DNA of 64,000 nucleotides from Eimeria praecox. Lineage: Eukaryota. The translations under genes and the position numbers were made by a program. Of the stretch, positions 45,497 through 64,000 are shown piece by piece. The notes under the pieces were generated by a model. That model searched no databases, was not told the origin of the DNA, and saw only the letters and a program-made list of their open reading frames with translations. The stretch covers positions 8,432,001 to 8,496,000 of the forward strand of contig OY986946.1 of assembly GCA_963920595.1 (NCBI GenBank). The letters are read 5' to 3'. Positions within the stretch are counted from its first letter, which is position 1. Every line of letters starts with the position of its first letter.

Positions 45497-46870
45497 AGGT
45501 GCTTCATCAGGCAATTGCTTTATATATACACCTAATACTAAGTATAAACAACACATCAAAGGGATAAATTTAAACAAACACTTATAGATAAAGATAGATT
45601 GGCCCCTTCTCCCTAAGTTCTAGTCAAGCCCTCTAAGTAAACTATTGCTAAGGAGAGAAGCACAAGACAGAGAAATATCTGAGGGCAGAAAAAGAAGAGG
45701 AAGGGCCACCAGGATAAGCATACACCGCAGCTGCATGCATAAACAACACTCCCAAGTTGAAACATAAATATGATCTGACGACACTAAAAAAATAGAATTG
45801 CATGCGCATGCCCACAAAAGGATTTCTGCACGGGGCCGCTGTGGGGCTGCGACGATCAAACAAAACAGCGGGATATGCTGAATTAAAGATGCCTTATTAT
45901 ACAAAGAGCACTCGAAGGAGGAATAGAAAACAAAAGCAAAAGGGTTCGACGGCTTCATACACTACCCCGTCACAGCCCCCATACCCAAGGGCTGGTGGAG
46001 GCAAGAGTATGTAGATTTCAGAATCTGCGGTTACAAACAAACCTCCGTACCTCTAGAATTGTACAAAAGGGGAAATTGAACCGTATAAAAGAGAGAAATA
46101 GAGGAGGCGATGAGCGCGTTCTGAATGCTGCAAATGCAGCAAACCCGACAGGAGAGGAAAGCAGGCGTACACGAGGACCTGTGCCGGGGAGAAAGATGAA
46201 GAAAGCAGCCGCTTACTGCCTAGAATAGGCAGTAAAGCAAAAATAAAGTGGAAACAAAAAAGAAATTCTGCTGTTTTCCTCAAGACGCAATCAAACCATG
46301 CCGCTGCTGCTGCATCAAACAACTGCGGCAACCTGCTCCTGAGCTGTACGTACAGCCGAGCAGCGCGAGGCGTCCGATTCGGATTTTGTAATTCATGAAC
46401 GAAAACCCATCATTTACAACCCTTTCATCTTTAATACACTTTCTCTTCATTAGTTATATCTTGCATTTTTTTTCCCCTCTCTCATCGGCCTCCTGTGGGG
46501 CGTATTCAAGCCCCAAGCCACCCGCCGACCGTAGAAACTAGAAAGTTGAATACAGTATAATTTGCAATAAAAATTTGAGATTCTTGTGCTTTTCATGAAT
46601 TAACCGATCCCTAGCGTTCACTGCTTTCTTTCATTCCACCTTCTGCTTATGCGAATTCGACTTCTCCCTCCTTGCATCTTACTGTATACTCGGGGGCTCT
46701 CCATTCTATTGCCGGGGTTAACTCAAGCATGTGCGTGTTCTCACTAACCCTGAGAAGGTCTACGATTGGGGGGTTGCGTTGCGTACACTTCAGGGCATTT
46801 CCTTGAGGGTACGAGACATCCTCTACCTCTGTTTCTTCCTTGAATCTCTGCCTAGCCCCCTTGCATCGCC
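45363..46870. promoter_or_regulatory. Divergent DBP2/CTU2 5' region
   Basis: Head-to-head ATGs at 45362 (-) and 46871 (+); repeat-poor; probable DBP2 5' UTR intron acceptor near 45413. Inferred from orientation. Confidence 0.5.
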
Positions 46871-49722
46871 ATGGCTAACAACCGCTATCCTGCAAAGCCA
46901 CAGAGGCTCAGAGCGGCAGACGGAACCTTCCGCTGTTACCGGTGCCCCCAGGAGGTTGCTGTTGCTAACGTACGAGAGAAATGCTGCAGAAACTGTCTGC
47001 TGCTCCTCGTCCGCAAGGCCTTCGCCACAGAGCTGGCGGCCTTGCGCCAGCGGCTCTCCGAGCAGCAGCAGCTGCAGCAGCAGCAGCAGCAGCACCTACA
47101 GCAGCCACAGAAAGCGGATGAGCAGCCGCAGGGGCCTCAGCTTAAGCCACAGCAGCAACAGCAGCTTCAGGAGCAGCAGCCTCAACAACAGCAACCTCAG
47201 CAGCAGGAACAGCCTCATAAGCAGCAGCTTCAGCAGCAGGAATCTCAGAAGGATAGTCATAAAGATGCTGCATGCGGTCTGAGCAGCGGGGGGGAATCAG
47301 AGTCTGTTCCGCTGTACGTTGCAGTGTCTGGGGGTGATGCTAGTTTGTCTTTGCTGCAGCTAGCAGCAGAAAGTATCGAGAAGCGTCTTTCGAGGATGCA
47401 TGCACGGCAGCAGAAGACAGAGGGAAATGCTGCTGGGGAGGGAGGAGGAGGAGGGGGAAGAGGAGGGTTTGGGGCTGGAGGAGGCGAAGCTGACTTCACT
47501 GCATGCATCGCTGTGCATGTAGACATTCAGAGGTTGCTGCGGCCGCCAGCTGCTGTGGTGGAGGCTCGCGTGGGGGAGGCAGGGCTTGCAGGGGGAACCC
47601 AGGGTTTTGGTAGCAGCGTTTCAGGTGTACAGACAGCTGCAGCAGAAGCAACAGCAGCAGCAGCAGAAGGGGGTGTTGTTGTGGGCTTTGCCGCCTCCCC
47701 ACAGAGAGGGAAGCGTCTCCCTCTGCAGATATTCGAGACAGCGTCGGCTATGGGGCAGCACGTACACTGCGTGCTTCTCCATCCTTTAGGAATACCCTTT
47801 TCTTATGTTTCTGTTGAGCAGCAGGAAGGGGGGGCTGAAGGACAAGCCCCCATTGAGGTGTACAGACACCCCGATGGAAGGCTGTGGGGCCGCGAATCGT
47901 TAGAATGCATGCAGAAACAAGAAAGAGAAATGAGGAAACTCCTCGCAGAAACGTTTGCTGCAGACAAAGCAATAGCAGAAAAACTGTGCAGGACACTCAT
48001 GTACGGCACATAAACCCTAAACCCTAAACCCTAAACCCTAATCTTCAACAGACCCACACCCACGGGAACGATAGTCCTCAGCATTAACACTACAAACCCT
48101 AAACCCTAACCCGAAAACCGCCTTTCTTCTAGCCCGAGGGTTTGGGGTGTACAAACACCCCGCCTTGCATGTTAAGGCGTTAGGGCTTAGGGTTTAGGGT
48201 TTAGGGTTTAGCTTGGCCTGCTATGTTCAAGAGGCCGCCGTTGAATTTGTCTGAGGAAGAGGCGGCAGGGAGAGTCTAAGGGGCGATATTGGGGCTGTGC
48301 GGCAACAGCAGCAGCAGCAGCAACAGGAGCAGCTGCATGCGTTCCATGTTTGTTGGTTTATATGTGTCTTTGTGCTGCAGGCTGAAGGCTTTGCGCAGTT
48401 ATTTTAAGAGCATACATAATTCGGGGTGTACGTACACCCCATTTCTTTGCATGGGGGACACAGCATCTGCAGCAGCACTTTCTGTCTTAGAACGCCTCAG
48501 CTATGGGGAGGGTCGTTGTCTTAGCCTGGAGACAGCAGCGATAGACACTAGGTAGGAGCTTTCTCCAAGTGTTTCCCGTGAGGGGGTTTGGGGCTGCATG
48601 CAGGGTTAAGCTGCTAGGGTTTAGAGGACTCAATGCTGGGTTTAGGGTTTAGGGTTTAGGGTTTGGGAGTGTGTGTTTTTCTTGCAGACAGAGCCCTCTA
48701 TTTCTTTTGTGTCGTCCTTTGGTGTTGCTTGAGAAGAAGGAGATGGCGTTGTATCGTCTGTTTGTGGGGCTGGAGAGTTTGAATGTTTCTTCTTTTGCTT
48801 TTCATATGAATGCATGCACGGGGCTTGCTGAGGAGAAAGCCCCAACGAATCCATATGCTTCTGTTCGCTGGCTGCTGCAGCAGTTTCTTATAGACATGCA
48901 CAGTAGTAACAACGCAACAGCCCATAACGTAAGCAGCGCCGTCAGGGGGCTTGAAGACCCCCTCGTGAATTCAGACACTCCTATGAGCAAACGTAAGCCG
49001 AATCTTGGGGCTGCATGCATGCACGCATGCATGCATGCATGCATGCACTGCCAGGAGCGCAGTCAGTTCTGCCGAATGCTCGACATAACCCCCCTAGTGC
49101 AGCTCGCATTCACGCATGCATGCATGCATGCGTGCTTGTACAGTGTGCATCCGTGAATGTATCCTTGCATGCATGCATGCATGCATGCATGGGGGCCAAT
49201 GTGGGGTTTGTGCGGGGCGTTGCATGCGCTGCAGCGTGCTGCCTCTGCTGGAAAGTCCCAGCAGTGGACGTCAACTGCCTACTGGAGGACCGGAGTGTCT
49301 TTACACCTAAACAGAGACAGGTGAGCAGCGAGCAGTGATGGTCTGACTCTGCTGCTGCTGCTGGAGAGGAAGTTGAATAAGTAGCCTTGGGGGGCCCCGG
49401 GGCAAGAAGGGGTTTAGGGAAGGGAGGGAGGTTGCACTGTCTGCATGCGTTGTTTTACATTGGGCGGGTTGACGCGTGCAGTATGCTTGTCAATTTTGTC
49501 TTAAGCTGTACGGATACGGTGTATCCGTGACTGTCTGTGAGATTGGGGCTTGCATGCATGCGTTTCTTGTGCATGCAGATTATAACAGAGTATATCCAGC
49601 CCCGAGAAAAGACCCAAGACTTTTGCTTCGCATGCATGCGCGATGCTACGGCGGCGGAGAGCGCTGCTGCTTTTGTCTTTGAGTTTTGTCTGTCCCCTGC
49701 AGAGGGGGAGGGCACTGCTTAA
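46871..49722 (+). CDS. CTU2: Cytoplasmic tRNA 2-thiolation protein 2 (Ctu2/Ncs2), 5 exons, about 611 aa
   Basis: Exons 46871-48000, 48381-48551, 48688-48992, 49235-49320, 49579-49722, in phase. N-terminal CYRC..CRNC, degenerate PP-loop VAVSGGDAS, MGDTA..YGEG, RPLVLLEKKEMALY, C-terminal CCLC..CFAC. Confidence 0.8.
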
Positions 49723-50224
49723 GATGTACAGGGAATTCGGCTGTCTCCTAGCTGCAGCTTTGTGTCTCTTCAGCATTTGCTGCTCTTAAGAACGCAGTGC
49801 TTACAACACCTAAATCCATTAAACAATGACAGGCAACGCTCCCTTGCGCTCAGCCTGACCAGCAACAGCTGTCTGTGTCTGTACACTTGGGGCCTCCTCC
49901 CATGCATCTTCCCTAATAACTAAATCAAATTCCCCGGAGGCCTTTTTAAAGCCCCCTGGGGGCCTCAGAGGGGTCCCTTGGGGGCCCCTAAGAGGTCCCT
50001 TGGGCCCCCCCCTGAGGTTCCTTAGGAGGGGGCCTCTTAGGGCCCCGTCAGGCCTCATGGGAGGCCCCTATGGGGCGCGGGGGCGCCTTTGCCTTTGCGA
50101 AGGTGTATTAGGGGCCCCCGAGCATCACCGCTTTAGAGGCGTGCAGCCCTACACATGTTTATGGAGTTCTTCAAGGGTTTGTTAAGGCCCATGAAGAGAT
50201 TGGGGCTGCATGCGGTGAAGAGTG

Positions 50225-60324
<10,100 letters not shown>

Positions 60325-60646
60325 TGTGGTGAATGTGAAGCCTCCGTTGTTCTTCGCGACTCTTATGCTTTTTTCAATCTAAAAGAGATCAAAAGACAAG
60401 TTCAAACTGCCTGTACACCGCAAGCGCAGCACGAGAAGACGGCAAGAACCAATGGAGCGGAGCCCAAGGGGGCCGTGAGATCCGATCCCCATTCCTCCTT
60501 GCCGGTTCCCCTTCCGGGGCTTTTTTTGAGATGATTTTGTGCGAAAGTACAAAAGAAATTTCAATCAATCGGAAAACAAATGAAAGAAAATGCAAACTGC
60601 AGCTCGCCGTCGGCGTCCTTCGGTCTGTGCTGTGGTCAGCCGTAAG

Positions 60647-63548
60647 GAGCTGAAGCCCAGATTGGTTCCTACGAGCTTGTCTCTAGCTAACTAAGAAAGC
60701 AATAGTCCAGTATGTTGGGACTAAAGTAATCAAACAAACATTAAAAAGCAAAACCCCCCTTCCATGGGAGTCTAGGCTGTCTTCCAGAAAAAGACCTTGC
60801 CGCCGTTTCTTCCGTGTGCGGACCGCCCTGGTGTCACCCAAGGACACCCGGGCGGAGCGAGGGCCCTGCTGCGGTTCAGCCTGGGCCTACTTTGCAGCCG
60901 GGTCAAATATATACGATTTCCTTGTCTGATTAGTTTCTATATATGCAATAGTGACGTTTATTCTATTTTATGTGGCCTCTGTTGGTTGTTCCAGCGCAAC
61001 ACGGTAGTGCTGCGCATGCGTTTCTCCGGTGCGCATCTGGTGATCTCTCGCCCTTTCTACTCGATTTCTTGCCTGTCCGAGTCGCTTCTCCCCTCTCCTC
61101 AACGCTTTCCATCCCTACTAATACCCAGGGTGGTGTAGCTCGGGCAATCGCTTCCCAGCGTACGCGAGGTTGCACATTGGCTGGGGCATTCGCCATTGCG
61201 TCTGTGTCTAAGACAGTCAATGCATCCGTAGAATGATGCCTGAATGTACAGGCGCCACTAAAAAGTCCCCCAGTTAGCAGTCATGAATGCCCCTCCAGCA
61301 GACGATCAATGTGCAACTGCTGCCCGACGGCAGCCGTGAACCAACAGGCCTTGTGTAAACGGCATATACGCAGGAACGGCATATACGCAGGACTAGCGAC
61401 CCTGCTATGGCTATGCAAAGGGAACTTCGCGATGCAGCTGTGTCAAGTAGCCCCTCAAAACTAGGTCCACGCACGTCTAGCTCAAACACTGCTGACATGC
61501 CTATACGACACAGTCCATTTGCCCTGCGTCGCCCTGTAGGTAGTAACTGTCGTCACCACGGTAGTGTATCGTCTTCTTTCGGTACAGCAGGGGAGGCATG
61601 CATCACTTCCCTACTGCGAGAATCTCTAGTCTCTAAGCAAAATGCCTCTACTTCAGGAATAGAGGACCAGCGCACACCCTGTTTCTAATCCAATACCACC
61701 CTCCAGCTCGTCCTTAGCTCGTCCTTAGCCTTTTGAGAGTGGACTTCCCCTCTTGTCCGCTGTCGAAACCTCTGCTTCCGGCTTGTGGAGGCATCGGTAG
61801 CGTTCTGCCCGCTGGATGATGCGCTTTGCATCACCTTGCTATAGCATGAGTGTTTAGGATGCTCGCCCCTCACAACTCATAGACTTGGCCGTTTAAACGC
61901 TTCAGGTGTTCTCTTTTTTCAAGGACCCTCGCATTCTTTCCGACTATTTCACAAGACCGTTGCCGCAGCTTAGCCGATGCACAGCAATCTCTACCGTAGT
62001 GGCCTTCGCCCCCACACCTTTTGCGAATTTCTCGGTTCGGGGGTATCCTCTTGCCACACGACGGGGAGCCCTTTGCCATGTACCCCTTGCCCTGGTACTG
62101 GTAATACACTAAACTATCCCTGTCTCCTGATAACGAATTGTGTCCCCCCAATTTTGGCTACAGCCAGAGGACGCGTGCTCCTGGCTAGCCCTCCGGCTAA
62201 ACTAAATTTGAATTCACGCAGTCGCCTTCTCGATTCTTCCTCTGTAGCGCCCTACGGGGAAGCTGTGGATGCTAACTTCAGTAATGCTTCTCTCCAAGGG
62301 TTGAACTGCACCGTGCGCCTTTGAGTTATTTTTGCGTTCTCTGCAGGGTGTTGGTACTCATATCCCTACTTGCTCCCGGGCCGAATACAGAGGGCCAAAC
62401 AAGTATTTAAAGACAGCCTACGCTACAATCTACAACTCTAGCGCACGCAGCAAAAATGCATTGGCTGTGTGCGCATGCTGGGCTGCCTTACAGCTCTAGC
62501 TGCAGCAAGGCGCGTTGCAGCCCATAACAGGCCTCTCTGTGTCCCCACCAGTACCTGGAACTTGGCCCGCCGTGCCCAGGTGGCCACGAGGCTGGAGGGG
62601 GGGTCAGGTGCTTTTCGCAAACCCTTTCCGCAAGACTTTGACTCTATTGCAGCTTATTATGGCCCAAGGATAAGGCCAAGGGCTCTAGTTACACAGGGTG
62701 TGCAGCGAACATCTGATCTGCACATACCGTGCCATTATTCTCGCAAAGTTAACCGGCCTGGTCTTCTTGCCACTGATTCGTTGCCATTTAGGATATAAGG
62801 GCCGCTGCTTTAGTATTACTGAACCATTGTATCAAGCCACATTTCAAAGAGACCAGCCAGCTATGTCCGCCCCTCTGTCCTTTAGGAGCATCCCGTACCC
62901 CAGGGCGTCTGATGCTTCACCAGAGCAAGAAGAATCCTCATGTGCTTTCCCCTCCCAGGAGGGATATGCAATAACACGACTGAATACTGCCGCTGTGTAG
63001 CCTTATGCTGCATCAAGCGTGGGCCCGTTCTAAGCCTTCGCCGTAATCGAGAGTCCTGCTAGACTCCTGTACACTAGACATCCAGGGGTATGTTGGAATA
63101 GGTGCAGCAATCAGACGCCTGTTATACAAGCGCATAGCCACCGTCTGCTTCGGCATCGGAAGCGAAAAGCATCAAGGTCCAGAAAAGTTAAAAGGAGAGT
63201 TCGTTGTCGTGTGTACAGGGTTTTAAAAAAATTTTACCTCCCGCGCAGGCCCCCAATTGTGGTGCGCTAACCCCAGCTTGGATCCTACTGCGTGATTGCA
63301 GCTAATTATGAATGCAATACTGCAGTGTCTAGGCACTAAAGAAATCAAACAAACATTAAAAAAAGCAAAACCCTCCCTCCGTGGCAGTCTGGGCTGCTTT
63401 TTAGAAAAAGTTCTCTCCGCCGTTTCCCAACCAAACAAACATTAAAATGCAAAGCCTTCCCTCCGTTGGGTCTATGCTGTTTTCCAGGAAAAAAGACCTC
63501 TCGGCCTTCCCTGTTGTTCGGTGTGACTGGGTGCCACCCGGGCCCTGC
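60647..63548 (-). mobile_element. Decayed LTR-retrotransposon-like element (gag zinc knuckles and protease remnant) between diverged direct repeats
   Basis: Minus-strand degenerate CCHC knuckles VYYQYQGKGYMAKGSPS and RKRCGGEGHYGRDC (about 62109-61984), then LTVLDTDAMAN resembling the aspartic protease LDTGA motif (about 61220-61188); broken frames. Homologous direct repeats at about 60647-60868 and 63264-63548. Confidence 0.7.
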
Positions 63549-64000
63549 CAGCGGGGGAACTGGCTGTAGTTGTAGTGAACAGCTGGTCGTCGCTGTTACT
63601 ACGTATGTTACCTAAGTGTGTCTGACTAGAAGCACATGCCACCTCTGTGTCTATTTTCAGCACACAATTCCCAAACGTTCCATTAATCAATTATTAATTC
63701 CCTCAAACATATTCGAGTCCATATTATTTAAGGGAAAAATCCCAGAATAATAGAACTGAGCAACTCACCCCCGGAGAGGCTCTGAGCCAGGGCAACTGCG
63801 GTAGCCTCACTATCGTGCACAGGCACTACAATGGATCTCTGGTGTGGCATCTAGAGGCCTAATATCATGAAAAGGAATGAACGCTGTAGAAGATGCCAGG
63901 GATTAGGACACTTTTAGATAGAAAGGCAGCTTCAGATTGCTCGCCAGCCGGCACCAGCATAGGGCTGGGTGTGAGGCTGTTGCTGTGACTCTGGCCGTGG

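Noticed and set aside
49819..50058. 79-aa GP-rich ORF as an extra RON2-like exon
   Set aside because: In-frame stops lie just upstream and no phase-compatible splice was found; probably 3' UTR with GGGGCCCC repeats.

Overview
Eukaryotic, intron-rich DNA from a coccidian apicomplexan. The CAG/CTG, telomere-like AAACCCT and TGCATGCA repeats and a RON2-family gene point to Eimeria; the species cannot be fixed from sequence alone. About 1-53.6 kb is repeat-rich, and most ORF-track entries there are microsatellite artefacts. Hand-built spliced models with consistent intron phases give: DNA polymerase delta p12 (POLD4), a 7-exon hypothetical gene, a 7-exon CDK-related kinase with a predicted GC-AG intron, the R-SNARE YKT6, RPL17, a single-exon membrane protein, a 2-exon secreted/membrane hypothetical protein, DBP2/DDX5 and CTU2. 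A RON2-family (RON2L1-like) gene is also present but its exons are only partly mapped. The repeat-poor right end holds a decayed gag-protease retroelement between diverged direct repeats. The most unusual signal is in the kinase introns: serial partial copies of the exon edges, mostly including the splice site, that diverge more with distance from the exon and differ mainly at synonymous or conservative positions. Also notable are a candidate poison exon in DBP2, recurrent CCCTAAA...TTTAGGG fold-back pairs in introns, and a dispersed palindrome GGTGTAYRTACACC.
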